A stretch of DNA of 64,000 nt from an uncultured Gemmatimonadaceae bacterium (GTDB taxonomy: Bacteria; Gemmatimonadota; Gemmatimonadetes; Gemmatimonadales; Gemmatimonadaceae), in NCBI GenBank assembly GCA_963843845.1, contig CAWJMB010000002.1:2944001-3008000 (forward strand). The letters are read 5' to 3'. A program made the position numbers and the translations under genes. Below, piece by piece: positions 41,053 to 51,141 of this stretch. Position 1 is the stretch's first letter. Each line of letters opens with the position of its first letter. The notes beneath the pieces were generated by a model, which was not told the DNA's origin, did not search any database, and worked only from the letters and a program-made list of their open reading frames with translations.

Positions 41053-41676
41053 TCACAGCCGCTCGAGCAGCCCCGCGAGGATGCGATACGTCATTCCCCA
41101 GATGATGTGCGCCTCGTGCACGAAGCTCGGCTCTCGCAGCTCGATCCCGCGCGACGTCCGGACGACGGACGTGGCGTGCGCATCGCGCCGCGCGAGCCGG
41201 TCGACGGGCACCCAGAACACCGCGGCGACTTCATCGCTGAGCGCCAGCGGCGCACTCGGTGTGGCGATCACGACGTAGGGGCGCACGACGATGGACGGCA
41301 GCGTGGCGATCCGCGGATAGAGCTCGTCGAGCCGGCCCAACGGCTCGCCGTCGCGCCCCAGGTCGAGGCCGATCTCCTCCCACGTCTCGCGCACCGCCGT
41401 CGCCCAAAGCGTCTCATCCTCCGGCTCCTGCCGCCCGCCGGGGAACGCGATGTGGCCGCTCCACGGGTCGCCGGGGTACTCGGCGCGCTTCACGAACAGC
41501 AGCTCGAGGGTCCCCGCGTCGCCGAGCCGGAGGATGAGCGCGACGGCGGCGCGGCGGGGCAGCCGCTCGCCGGGGCGCGGAACGTCGTCGATGCCCGGGC
41601 GCTCGATCAGCGACGTGGCGAGGCGAGCGAGGGTCGGGTGTCCACGGACGGCGGCGAGCGCGTCGTCCGTCCTCAC
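41053..41676 (-). CDS. Nudix hydrolase, CoA pyrophosphatase-like
   Basis: Motifs KRA....WSGHIAFPGG, TAVRETWEEIG, IWGMT. Confidence 0.9.
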   Translation of the reverse strand: MRTDDALAAVRGHPTLARLATSLIERPGIDDVPRPGERLPRRAAVALILRLGDAGTLELLFVKRAEYPGDPWSGHIAFPGGRQEPEDETLWATAVRETWEEIGLDLGRDGEPLGRLDELYPRIATLPSIVVRPYVVIATPSAPLALSDEVAAVFWVPVDRLARRDAHATSVVRTSRGIELREPSFVHEAHIIWGMTYRILAGLLERL

Positions 41677-41716
41677 GCCGCGCCCGCGCCGGTCGTCGAC
41701 CACTCCCACCCCGCGC

Positions 41717-42073
41717 TCACCCCTCGACGTCGCCGCCGCTGTCCGCCCAGCCGCGGAACCCGCCCGACATCGACGCGACGTTGCCGTAGCCCATCTGCGC
41801 GATCGATTCCGCCGCGAGCGCCGAACGGTTGCCGCTCGCGCAGTAGAGCACGACGCGCCTGTCGCGCGGCACGCGCTGCTCGATCGCGGACTCGAGCACG
41901 CCGCGCGGCAGGTGCATCGCGCCGGGGACGTGGCCGAGGTTCCACTCGTTCGGCTCGCGCACGTCGATGATCGCGACGTCCTCGCCGCGGGCGAGCTCTT
42001 CCTGCACCTGGCGCGGGGAGACTTCGGTGATGCGGGCCTTCGCTTCGGCGAACAGTTCAGCGGCGGTCTTCAT
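41717..42073 (-). CDS. rhodanese-like protein
   Basis: Motifs IDVREPNEW..GHVPGA, YCASGNRS, GGF.GW. Confidence 0.92.
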   Translation of the reverse strand: MKTAAELFAEAKARITEVSPRQVQEELARGEDVAIIDVREPNEWNLGHVPGAMHLPRGVLESAIEQRVPRDRRVVLYCASGNRSALAAESIAQMGYGNVASMSGGFRGWADSGGDVEG

Positions 42074-42091
42074 GAGACTCGTGGTGAGAGG

Positions 42092-43018
42092 TCAGCGCAC
42101 AACCTGCAACGTGCCCGCGTCGGCGTCGAGCACGGCCGAGGCGCCTAACGGAATGGTCCACTGATCGTCGATGTGCCCGACCGGCGCGCCGACGAGCGTC
42201 GGCACGCCGAGCAGCGCGGCCAGCTCACCGACCACCGCGTCGAGCGACCGGCGGCCGTCGTCGTCGCACGCGTCGGGGCAGGCGGTGCAGTGCCCGAAGA
42301 CGATCGCCCGGCAATCGGCGAAGCTGCCGGCGAGCACGAGCTGCCGCAGCATCCGGTCGACCCGATACGTCGCCTCGTTGACGTCCTCGAGCACGGCGAT
42401 CGCGCCGGCGAAGCGCGGGGCGTACGGCGTGCCGGCGAGCGCGGCGAGCAGTGCCAGATTGCCGCCGGCGAGCCGCCCCGCCGCGTGACCGCGGCGGAGC
42501 ACGCGCGCGGTCGGCATCGCACCGCAGGGGTCGGCGCCATCGACGACGGCGCGGCGCAGCGAGTCGCGCGAGAAGGGGGACAGCGCAGCGCGTGCGGTCG
42601 GCCCGTGGAACGTGACGAGCCCGGGCACGCGCGCGGCGACGGCGCAGTGCAGCGCCGTGATGTCGGAGTAGCCGATCAGGGCGCGCGGGCGGGCGGCGAG
42701 CGCGCCGTAGTCGATCTCCTCGAGCAGCCGCATCGCGCCGTACCCGCCGCGCAGACACCAGATCGCGTCGACGTCGCGAGCCCGGAGCGCGGTGTTGACG
42801 TCGGCGAGGCGCGCCGCGTCGTCGCCCGCGAAATAGTCGTGGCGCGCGAGCGCGTGCGCCCCCACGACCGGCTCCCACCCGAACGCGCGGGCGTTCGACT
42901 CGGCGCGCTCCAGCTCCGTCGCGTCGCGCAGCGGCCCGGCGGGCGCGACGAGCGCGACGCGGGCGCCAGGGGCGAGCGGCGGCGGATGGAGCGGCGACGG
43001 CGCGTCTGCGTCGGACAT
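42092..43018 (-). CDS. ldcA: LD-carboxypeptidase (peptidase S66)
   Basis: Motifs RGGYG, GYSDIT, GGNL, LEDVNE, GH: the Ser-Glu-His triad is present. Confidence 0.9.
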   Translation of the reverse strand: MSDADAPSPLHPPPLAPGARVALVAPAGPLRDATELERAESNARAFGWEPVVGAHALARHDYFAGDDAARLADVNTALRARDVDAIWCLRGGYGAMRLLEEIDYGALAARPRALIGYSDITALHCAVAARVPGLVTFHGPTARAALSPFSRDSLRRAVVDGADPCGAMPTARVLRRGHAAGRLAGGNLALLAALAGTPYAPRFAGAIAVLEDVNEATYRVDRMLRQLVLAGSFADCRAIVFGHCTACPDACDDDGRRSLDAVVGELAALLGVPTLVGAPVGHIDDQWTIPLGASAVLDADAGTLQVVR

Positions 43019-43184
43019 GACCGACGCAACGTAACGGGAGTGCGGCGCCGTGCGGCCCCGTACGGCCGCCGGCAGCCGCAAATTCGTTCGGTGTGCAAAC
43101 ATCTGGCACATGCGTTGCCCCCGACACGATTCCTGGCGGCAGCCGATGCCAGCGACGAACCGACTCCGCGGGAGGATGGAACTG

Positions 43185-43490
43185 ATGGCGACGCAGAACC
43201 GCTCGACCCAGGATCAAGAGAATCAGCAGCAGCAGCGTGGCTTGCAGGACGAGCAGCAGCAACGTGGCACGGAGGGAGATCAGCACGACGGCGCGCGCGA
43301 CGGTGCGACCGACCGCGGCGGCACCGGCGGCTATGGCGCGTCGTCCGGGTTCTCGGAGGAGACGAGCGCCGGCAGCGATCAGCGCGGCGAGCGCGACACG
43401 CAGCACGGCGACGACGACAGCAATCCGAACGGCGACGTCGGCATGCGAGGACGGAACACGGGGCGCGCCGACGGCGACGCGATGCGCTGA
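43185..43490 (+). CDS. hydrophilic low-complexity (hydrophilin-like) protein
   Basis: GGAGGA RBS; Q/D/G/R-rich ORF with no hydrophobic core. Confidence 0.65.
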   Translation: MATQNRSTQDQENQQQQRGLQDEQQQRGTEGDQHDGARDGATDRGGTGGYGASSGFSEETSAGSDQRGERDTQHGDDDSNPNGDVGMRGRNTGRADGDAMR

Positions 43491-43532
43491 GCCGGCGGCG
43501 CGACGGAGGGGTGCGCAGGTATCCTTCACGGC

Positions 43533-44708
43533 GTGCCCTCTCCCATAGCGCTGGAGTCGTTAGGCGCGGCGGTCGCGGCGTCGCCGTGGATCGCCGTGCC
43601 GCTCGCCGTCTGGTGGCGGGCGCGCGACTCGCGCACGCTCGACGACGAGGCGACCACCGCGGCCGACGACGCGCCGCTCGTCTCGGTCGTCGTCCCGGCG
43701 CGCGACGAGGCGGCGAACATCGCCCGGTGCGTGCGCTCGGTGTTGAGCGCCTCGTACCCGCGCCTCGAGCTCCTCGTCGTCGACGACCATTCGACCGACG
43801 GCACGGCGTCGCTCGCTCGTGAGGCGGCCGGCGGCGACGCGCGCCTGACGTTGCTCGACAACCCGCCGCTCCCGCCCGGCTGGTTCGGCAAGCAGTGGGC
43901 GTGCGCGACCGGTGCGGCGCAGGCGCGCGGGGCCGTGCTGCTGTTCGCCGACGCCGACACGGTGCACGAGCCCGACCTCGTGCCGCGCGCGGTGCAGGCG
44001 CTGCGCGCGCGCGGCGGCGGACTGCTCTCGGTCGTCGGCCGTCAGGAGATGGCGACCTTCTGGGAGCGCCTCATGCAGCCGCAGGTCCTCGCCATCATCC
44101 TCGGCCGCTACGGCGGCACGAACCGCGTCGACCGCTCGCCGCGCGCCGTCGACAAGATCGCGAACGGCCAGTGCCTGCTGTTCGACCGCGCGACCTACGA
44201 CGCGATCGGCGGCCACGCCGCCGTGCGGAACGTCGTCGCCGAGGACCTCAAGCTGGCGCAGCGCACGTTCGCGTCGGGCCACCCCGTGCACCTCGTCCTC
44301 GGCGAACGGCAGCTCGCGACGCGGATGTACACCTCGCTCCCCGACCTCATGCGCGGGTGGCGCAAGAACGTCTACGCCGGGGGGCGCGAGGCGATGCCGT
44401 TAGGCCGCGTCGGGCAGGTCGTCTTCCCGCTGTTCCTCGTGATGCCGCCGCTCATGGGCCTCGTGCCGGCCCTCGTGCTGCTCCTCGCGCTGACTGGCGT
44501 GCTACCGAACGTCGTCGTGCTCGCCGCGGGGATCGCGCAGCTCGCCTCGCTGCTCTTCTGGGCGGCGACGTACCGGCGTGCGGGGGTGCCCGTCCACTAC
44601 GCGCTCGTCGCGCCGCTCGGCGCCGCGGTGCTGCTCGTCATCATCGTGCAGGCGATCGCGCGGGGGCAGCGCGTGGAGTGGCGGGGGCGGGAATACGTGT
44701 CGGCCTAA
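43533..44708 (+). CDS. glycosyltransferase family 2 (HpnB/carotenoid-GT-like)
   Basis: Motifs PARDE, DDHSTD, GWFGK, DAD, NGQC, EDL, RMY, plus C-terminal TMs and WRGR. Confidence 0.88.
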   Translation: MPSPIALESLGAAVAASPWIAVPLAVWWRARDSRTLDDEATTAADDAPLVSVVVPARDEAANIARCVRSVLSASYPRLELLVVDDHSTDGTASLAREAAGGDARLTLLDNPPLPPGWFGKQWACATGAAQARGAVLLFADADTVHEPDLVPRAVQALRARGGGLLSVVGRQEMATFWERLMQPQVLAIILGRYGGTNRVDRSPRAVDKIANGQCLLFDRATYDAIGGHAAVRNVVAEDLKLAQRTFASGHPVHLVLGERQLATRMYTSLPDLMRGWRKNVYAGGREAMPLGRVGQVVFPLFLVMPPLMGLVPALVLLLALTGVLPNVVVLAAGIAQLASLLFWAATYRRAGVPVHYALVAPLGAAVLLVIIVQAIARGQRVEWRGREYVSA

Positions 44709-44779
44709 CGCGCGCGCGCCTGCCGCGCACCGTCGGCTGCAACGGCGCGGAGCCATAGCCACGCGGCGCGGCCTGCGGG

Positions 44780-45457
44780 TCACCAGACGCCCGGGATCAG
44801 GCGGTACGGCACCCGCCTCGCGTAGTCGCCGTACCCCGGCAGCTCGCGCACGAGGACACGCTCCTCGGAGCGTAGCCGAATCACCATGAGCGAGACCGGT
44901 ACGACCGCGCCGAGCGCCGCGACGTACGACTCCAGCCACAGACCGAGCCCGACGAGGATCAGCGGGTCCGCGGCGTAGAAGGGATGTCGCACGACCGCGT
45001 ACACGCCGGAGTCGGCGACGGCGTGCGCGCGCTCGCGCTGCACACGCACCACGGCCGTCGCGAAGGCGTTCGCCCGGAGGGCCTGGCCTTTGAGGCGCCA
45101 TCCGAGCGCGAACAGCACGAGACCGGCGCCGCTGACCAGGCTGGACGGAGCCGGAGCGTGCCAGCGGACCGCGTCGAGGCCGGCGACGACGGGCAGTCCC
45201 AGAAAGCCGGTCGCCAGCACCGCGAGGAGCAGCGCTCGGTCGGCTCGCGGCTGATCCTCGTGAATCGGGAGGCGGGCCCGCTCCCGCAGCAAGTCCGGGT
45301 GGATCCGGTAGGCGGCCAGCGCGCCCGCGACGCGGACGGAGAGCATCACCGCGAGAAGCACCCATCCGCGCCACCACGCGAGCGTCCCCGCGGCGGCGAA
45401 CAGAAGCGCCCCGACGAGCAGCGCGTCCGCGACGAGTCGGACCACGACCTTCAGCAT
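44780..45457 (-). CDS. isoprenylcysteine carboxyl methyltransferase family membrane protein
   Basis: Motifs N.F...VRVQ..R.H.V...G.YAVVRHPFY, R..EE..L...LPGY..Y...V.YRLIP. Confidence 0.88.
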   Translation of the reverse strand: MLKVVVRLVADALLVGALLFAAAGTLAWWRGWVLLAVMLSVRVAGALAAYRIHPDLLRERARLPIHEDQPRADRALLLAVLATGFLGLPVVAGLDAVRWHAPAPSSLVSGAGLVLFALGWRLKGQALRANAFATAVVRVQRERAHAVADSGVYAVVRHPFYAADPLILVGLGLWLESYVAALGAVVPVSLMVIRLRSEERVLVRELPGYGDYARRVPYRLIPGVW

Positions 45458-45580
45458 CGGTCGCGCGACAGGGAAAGCCTTCGAGCATCGTGCACGGTCT
45501 GTCTCGACGCGGCGATGGAATGATCGATCTCGCGTCGACATGATACCCGCGCGTGTGGCTGACGGACGCACCGTCGGCCC

Positions 45581-48500
45581 ATGCGACACGCCGACGCCGC
45601 CCGCCTGCTCGCCGACGCCCGGTCCCTCGCGTCGCTACCGCCGCTGCTGCACGCGCTCGGCTTCGCGGTCGAGACGCGACCGCTCGGCCGCTCCGCGCTG
45701 ATGACGCTTCGCGCCGCGTCGGCGATCTCCGGGGCGGCCACGATCGACGGTCGCGGTGCCGAGCGCGCACTCCTCGCCGAGGTCGCGACCGCTCACGATC
45801 TGCGCGAGACGGCGGTCGCGGCGCTCCGTACGCTGACGGGAATCTCGCCCGGCACGCGTTGGCTCGTCGCGCTCGCGCGGGCCGACGGCGGCGAAACGAT
45901 GCTCGCGCTGTCGACCGATGCGCGCCGGGGGCGCGTCGTCGCACTGGCATTCGACCCGCGGCGCGTACTGGCGAGCGACGTCGAGACGCTGTGCGCGCTC
46001 GCCGCAGCACAGAGCGAAGGTACGCGGAATCGCGAACCGACGCCGTCGAGCGGCGACCGCACGTCGCCGACAGGGGGCGGCACGACGCGGCACGCGCGAT
46101 GGGGCGAGCTGCTCGGGCGCGAGGCGTTGTCGCGCCGCTTCTATCGCGCGCTCGAAAGCGTCGTCGCGCGACTCGCGGCGGGCGCGACCGGCGCGGCCGA
46201 CGGCGCCACGCGCCGATCGCTCGCCCTCCTGCAGACGTCGCGGCTGCTGTTCCTCGCGTTCCTGCAGTCGAAAGGATGGCTGGACGACGACCACGACTTT
46301 CTGCGCCGCGGCTACGACGCGTGCGTCGCGACGGGCGGCGACTACCACCGTCGCGTGCTGCGCCCGCTGTACTTCGGCACGCTGAACACCCCGTGGTCGA
46401 AGCGCGCCGCGGCCGCGCGCGCGTTCGGCCGCGTGCCGTTCCTGAACGGCGGCCTGTTCGCACCGACCGTGCTCGAACGCCGCCATCGCTCGTTCCGTCT
46501 CGACGATGCCGCGCTCGGCGCGCTGATCGCGCTGCTCGGGCGCTACCGCTTCACGTCGCGCGAGGAAGAGTCGACGTATTCCGAGGCCGCCGTCGACCCC
46601 GAGATGCTGGGCCGCGCGTTCGAGTCGCTCATGAGCGCGCACGACCGGCGCACGACCGGCGCGTTCTACACGCCGCACGCGCTCGTCGCGCACACGACCG
46701 ACGAGGCGCTCCGCATCGCGTTAGGCAGCTGTCCCGAGACCGAGGCGCTGCTGGGCGGTGCGGCGCTCGTCGGGGACCGGGCGGCCGCACTCCGTGCCCG
46801 GCTCGCCGGACTCCGCATCCTCGACCCGGCCTGCGGCAGCGGCGCGTTTCTCGTCCACGCCCTCGAGCGCATCAGCGAGCTGCTCCGGCGCTGCGGCGAC
46901 GAGCGGCCGCTCGCGACCATCCGGCGTGACGTGCTGACGCACGGCATCTTCGGGGTGGACGTGAATCCGACGGCGGTGTGGCTGTGCGAGCTGCGGCTCT
47001 GGCTCTCGGTGGTCGTCGAGAGCGACGAGGGCGACCCGATGCGCGTCGCCCCGCTGCCGAACCTCGACCACAACGCACGCGTCGGCGACTCGCTCGCCGC
47101 GCCCGCCGCGACGCGACGGTGGGGCGGAGACCCGTGGTGCGAGGGCGAGCCGAGCGCCACGGCGAGCGCGACGCCGACGACCGAACGTCTCCGTGCCCGC
47201 TACGTTCGTGCGTCCGGTCGCCGCAAGGTCGCGTTAGGCACCGCCCTCGAGAGCGCCGAGCGTGCCGTCGCGGTGGCCGCGCTCGACCGGATGCTCGCCG
47301 TCCGCCGCGCCGAGCGCCGCGACGTGCTCACCGCGGCGCGCGGCCGCGACCTGTTCGGCGCTCGGCGAGGCGCGCTGCCTGGCGAGCGGGCGCGACTCGT
47401 CGAGCTGCGCGCGCTGTGTCGGGCGCTCGCGGCGCGACGTCGGGCGCTGCTCCAGGGCGCGGCGCTGCCGTTCGGGTTCGCGTGGCACTTTCCCGAGCTC
47501 GCCGCGCGCGGCGGCGCCGACGTGGTGCTCGCGAACCCGCCGTGGGTCCGCCCGCACACGATGCCGGCGGCCGAGCGCCGACTGCTGCGCGCGACGTACG
47601 AGAGCTGTCGCGACGCGACCTGGGTGCCGGGCGCGAGCGCGGCGCACGCCGGCCGCGGCTTCGGCGGACAGGTCGATCTCGCCGCACCGTTCGTCGAGCG
47701 GTCGCTCGCGCTCGTGCGGCCGGGCGGCGTCGCGGCGCTCATCGTGCCGGCGAAGCTCTGGCGCGCGCTCGCCGGCGGCGGCCTGCGGCAGGTGCTGCGC
47801 CGTGAGGCGATGCTGCACGCGCTCGAGGACTGGAGCGACGCGCCGGCTCTCTTCGACGCCGCCGTCTATCCGTCGGTGCTCGTCGCCGAGCGGCGGTGTG
47901 CGGGAGCCGCTCCTCGCGGCGCAGGCCGGGCAGTGTGCCGGGCCGATGCTCGGTCCCGCATCACCGTACACCGCGCCACCGGCGCCACCGGCGCCACCGG
48001 CGCCATCCGTTGGACGACCGCGGCTGGGACGTTGCCGCTCGACGGCTCGCCAGGAGCGCCGTGGCTGCTCGTGCCGCCGGACGTGCGCCGCGCCCTCGCC
48101 TCGCTCGCCGACGCCGGCACCCCGTTGGGCAGCAGCGGCGCGGTCCGCATCACGCTGGGCGTGAAGTGTGGGTGCAACGCCGCGTTCCTCGTTCGCGGTC
48201 TGGCCGAGCGCGGCGACGTCGCGATGGTCGACGGCGTCTGGCCCGACGGCACGCCGCGGCACGGCGCGATCGAGCGCGCGATGCTGCGCCCCGTCGTACG
48301 CGGCGAGACGCTGCACTCGACGCCCGGAGACGCGGCGGCGCGCGAGTACATCCTCTGGACGTGCGACGCGCTCGGTGACGCGCTGCCGACGCTCCCGCCG
48401 CTCGCCGCACGCTGGCTCGCGCCGTGGCGAGCCCGGCTCGCCGCCCGCAGCGACGCGACGCAGTCGCGGGCCCGCTGGTGGGGGGTGTTCCGCACCGCGG

Positions 48501-48919
48501 CGGCGGAGGTCACCTCGCCGCGCGTGGTCTGGGCCGACGTCGCGCGCGCCCTGCTGCCGAGACTGCTCGACGCCGGAGATCCGACCGTCCCGCTCAACTC
48601 CTGCTACGCGCTTCGGTGTGCCACCGATCGCGACGCGCGCCGCCTGACCGCGCTGCTCGCCTCCCCGCTCGCCGACGCCTGGTGCTCCGCGCTCGCCGAG
48701 CCAGCGCGCGGCGGATACCGGCGGCACCTCGCCTGGACGCTCGCGCTCTTCCCGGTCCCTCGGCGGCTCGACGCGCTCGGCGACGAACCACTGACGGCAG
48801 ACTCGCTCGCCGCCGCGTACGCGCTGCCGATTCGCGCGATGACGCCACTGCTGCGTACGAGCCTGCTTCCGCGTCCGCCCGTCACACCGGACGAGGAGCG
48901 ATTCCCCTCTCGTCCCTGA
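45581..48919 (+). CDS. large N6-adenine DNA methyltransferase (Eco57I/TaqI-like) with probable C-terminal target-recognition region
   Basis: Motifs PFLNGGLF, PEMLGRAFE, GAFYTP, LDPACGSGAF, GVDVN, GDSL, ANPPW. Confidence 0.85.
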   Translation: MRHADAARLLADARSLASLPPLLHALGFAVETRPLGRSALMTLRAASAISGAATIDGRGAERALLAEVATAHDLRETAVAALRTLTGISPGTRWLVALARADGGETMLALSTDARRGRVVALAFDPRRVLASDVETLCALAAAQSEGTRNREPTPSSGDRTSPTGGGTTRHARWGELLGREALSRRFYRALESVVARLAAGATGAADGATRRSLALLQTSRLLFLAFLQSKGWLDDDHDFLRRGYDACVATGGDYHRRVLRPLYFGTLNTPWSKRAAAARAFGRVPFLNGGLFAPTVLERRHRSFRLDDAALGALIALLGRYRFTSREEESTYSEAAVDPEMLGRAFESLMSAHDRRTTGAFYTPHALVAHTTDEALRIALGSCPETEALLGGAALVGDRAAALRARLAGLRILDPACGSGAFLVHALERISELLRRCGDERPLATIRRDVLTHGIFGVDVNPTAVWLCELRLWLSVVVESDEGDPMRVAPLPNLDHNARVGDSLAAPAATRRWGGDPWCEGEPSATASATPTTERLRARYVRASGRRKVALGTALESAERAVAVAALDRMLAVRRAERRDVLTAARGRDLFGARRGALPGERARLVELRALCRALAARRRALLQGAALPFGFAWHFPELAARGGADVVLANPPWVRPHTMPAAERRLLRATYESCRDATWVPGASAAHAGRGFGGQVDLAAPFVERSLALVRPGGVAALIVPAKLWRALAGGGLRQVLRREAMLHALEDWSDAPALFDAAVYPSVLVAERRCAGAAPRGAGRAVCRADARSRITVHRATGATGATGAIRWTTAAGTLPLDGSPGAPWLLVPPDVRRALASLADAGTPLGSSGAVRITLGVKCGCNAAFLVRGLAERGDVAMVDGVWPDGTPRHGAIERAMLRPVVRGETLHSTPGDAAAREYILWTCDALGDALPTLPPLAARWLAPWRARLAARSDATQSRARWWGVFRTAAAEVTSPRVVWADVARALLPRLLDAGDPTVPLNSCYALRCATDRDARRLTALLASPLADAWCSALAEPARGGYRRHLAWTLALFPVPRRLDALGDEPLTADSLAAAYALPIRAMTPLLRTSLLPRPPVTPDEERFPSRP

Positions 48920-49161
48920 TGGCTGCGATCCAGGACCCCCCGCCCGATCCACCGCTCGTCGAGCCGAGCGGCGCCGCGCTCGCGCGGTCGGGCGACCGTC
49001 GGCGTTCGAGCGGCTGGACCGCGCGCACTGCTGGCGCGTCCATGCACTCTGCGTTCGCGGCCGGCCGAGCCGCGCCGGCGCGGTAGCCGCGGCGAGCGAA
49101 ACGGCGCACCGTCGGCGCGCGTACGTCGAGTGACGTCGCGCGCCTCTTCCGTCATCCGCTC

Positions 49162-49998
49162 ATGAACGACACGACCACCGACCGTCCGTTCGTCACCTTC
49201 CCCCGCGTGCTCCTGATCGCGGCCGCCGGCACCTCGGCGGCCGTCGCGATCGCGTCGAGCCGCTCGGGGAGCGACGTCCGCAGCGCGCCGTCGACCGACC
49301 GGTGGAGCGGCACGATCCAGGACGGCGCGCAGGTCCGCATCGACAACGTGAACGGGGCGGTGCGCGTCGCCAGATCGCCGGACGCCACCGTGCGCATCGT
49401 CACGACGCGGAGGGCGCGTGGGCGCCGGCCGGAGCCGCTGCAGCTGCACGTCGAGCGGCGCGGCGCGGACGTCGTCGGCTGTGTGGTCGCCGACGGCACG
49501 GAGTGCGGGAGCCGGACTCGCCGCACGGGCGGCCTCGTTCGGCGCCTGTTCCGCCGTTACTCGCCCACCGAGGTCACCGTCGTCGTCGCGCTCCCCGCGG
49601 ATGCGCGCCTCCGCGTGACCACGGTGAATGGTGCCATCACCGTCGCCGACGCCGCGCGCGACGTCGAGCTGTCGACGGTCAACGGCTCGATCGTCGTCGG
49701 CAGCACGGATGGCGCGGTGCGCGCGTCGACCGTCAACGGCGGCATCACCGCTCGGCTCGACGGCACGTCGCGCGGCGCACCGCTGTCCCTCGAAACCGTC
49801 AACGGCTCGGTGACGGCGTTACTCCCCGCGGGGACGAACGGAGCGCTCACGGCGAGCACGGTCAACGGCCACATCGAGAACGATTTCGCACCGGTCGTCC
49901 GCGACACGCGGTCGCAGCGGATCGCGCTCGGCGTCGGCGGTTCCCCGATCGCATTGACGACCGTGAACGGGTCGGTGCGCGTGGCGAGGGTGCCGTAA
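49162..49998 (+). CDS. DUF4097-like beta-strand-repeat protein
   Basis: Repeated (T/N)VNG(S/A/G/H)(I/V) units after a signal-like segment. Confidence 0.82.
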   Translation: MNDTTTDRPFVTFPRVLLIAAAGTSAAVAIASSRSGSDVRSAPSTDRWSGTIQDGAQVRIDNVNGAVRVARSPDATVRIVTTRRARGRRPEPLQLHVERRGADVVGCVVADGTECGSRTRRTGGLVRRLFRRYSPTEVTVVVALPADARLRVTTVNGAITVADAARDVELSTVNGSIVVGSTDGAVRASTVNGGITARLDGTSRGAPLSLETVNGSVTALLPAGTNGALTASTVNGHIENDFAPVVRDTRSQRIALGVGGSPIALTTVNGSVRVARVP

Positions 49999-50083
49999 CT
50001 GCCCGAACGTCCCCGCAGTCGCGGGAACGACCGACCGCGCCGGGGTTATTATCCCCGTCCACTCACGCACAGGAGTCCGCTCG

Positions 50084-50767
50084 ATGGGCGTCTCGTACCG
50101 CCCCTACGCCGAAGTCGCGCCGGTTCGCACCGGCGCCGAGCGCGCGACGCTCGTTCGGCGCACCTATCTGCTCGTCTTCGCCGGCATTCTCGTCACGATG
50201 CTCGGCGCCGCGTTCGGGTTCTCGCAGCCGGGGATCATGGCCTCGGTGGCGCGGCACCCGTTCCTCTCGTTCTTCGCGACGTTCGTTCCGCTGATGCTCG
50301 CACAGGTCATGCGCGACCGCTTCCCGGCGAACATCGGCCTCACGCTCGCGTTCACGTTCGCGGAAGGCGTCTGGATCTCACCCCTGCTCTGGGTCGCGCA
50401 GCAGCGCACGCCCGGAATCATCCTGCAGACGGCGCTGCTCACGGGGAGCACGTTCGCCGTGCTCACGGCCTACGCGTTCCTGAGCCGCCGCGACTTCAGC
50501 GCGTGGGGCGGCTTCCTGACGGTCGGGCTGTGGGTGCTGATCGGCACGTCGCTGCTCATGTTCTTCTTCAAGAGCACGGCCGGGAGTCTCTGGCTCGCCG
50601 GCGCCGGCACCCTGCTGTTCAGCGGGCTGCTCGTGTTCGACACCTGGCGGCTGCGCAACGTCTACGGCCCGAACGACTACGTGATCGCGGCCGTGGCGAT
50701 CTATCTCGACCTGCTCAACATGTTCCTGTTCATCCTGCGCCTGCTCGGCGGCGGCCGACGCGACTGA
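50084..50767 (+). CDS. Bax inhibitor-1/YccA family membrane protein
   Basis: RRTY, about seven TMs, FDT, YLDLLNMFLFILRL. Confidence 0.92.
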   Translation: MGVSYRPYAEVAPVRTGAERATLVRRTYLLVFAGILVTMLGAAFGFSQPGIMASVARHPFLSFFATFVPLMLAQVMRDRFPANIGLTLAFTFAEGVWISPLLWVAQQRTPGIILQTALLTGSTFAVLTAYAFLSRRDFSAWGGFLTVGLWVLIGTSLLMFFFKSTAGSLWLAGAGTLLFSGLLVFDTWRLRNVYGPNDYVIAAVAIYLDLLNMFLFILRLLGGGRRD

Positions 50768-50789
50768 TCGGCGACCGAACGGTGACGCA

Positions 50790-51131
50790 CTAGGAAACGG
50801 GGCGCGGCTTCTCGGTCGCGCCCCGTATCGCGTCCGGTCCCCCGATCGCCGACTCCTCGATCTCGGCGGCGAGGCGGAGGTCGGCCGCCGTGATGCCGCC
50901 GGCGCTGTGCGTGCTCAGCGTGAACGTGACCTTCGTGTACTTGACCGCGATGTCGGGATGGTGGTCGGCCGACTCGGCGAGGCGCGCGACGCGGTTCACG
51001 AGGTCGATCGCCGCCATGAACGTCGGCAGCGTGTAGCTCTTCACGAGCGTGTCGCCGCGGCGACTCCACCCGGTGAGCTGGCCCAGCAGGCGCTGGATCT
51101 CGATGTCGGAGAGGCGGGTGGGCGCGGGCAT
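50790..51131 (-). CDS. phhB: pterin-4-alpha-carbinolamine dehydratase
   Basis: Motifs AESADHHPDI, LSTHSAGGIT..D..LA. Confidence 0.92.
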   Translation of the reverse strand: MPAPTRLSDIEIQRLLGQLTGWSRRGDTLVKSYTLPTFMAAIDLVNRVARLAESADHHPDIAVKYTKVTFTLSTHSAGGITAADLRLAAEIEESAIGGPDAIRGATEKPRPVS

Positions 51132-51141
51132 GGGCGACACG

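Noticed and set aside
47973..48006. (GGCGCCACC)x3 repeat in the methyltransferase gene
   Set aside because: A short in-frame linker expansion (Ala-Thr-Gly). It cannot phase-vary the reading frame.
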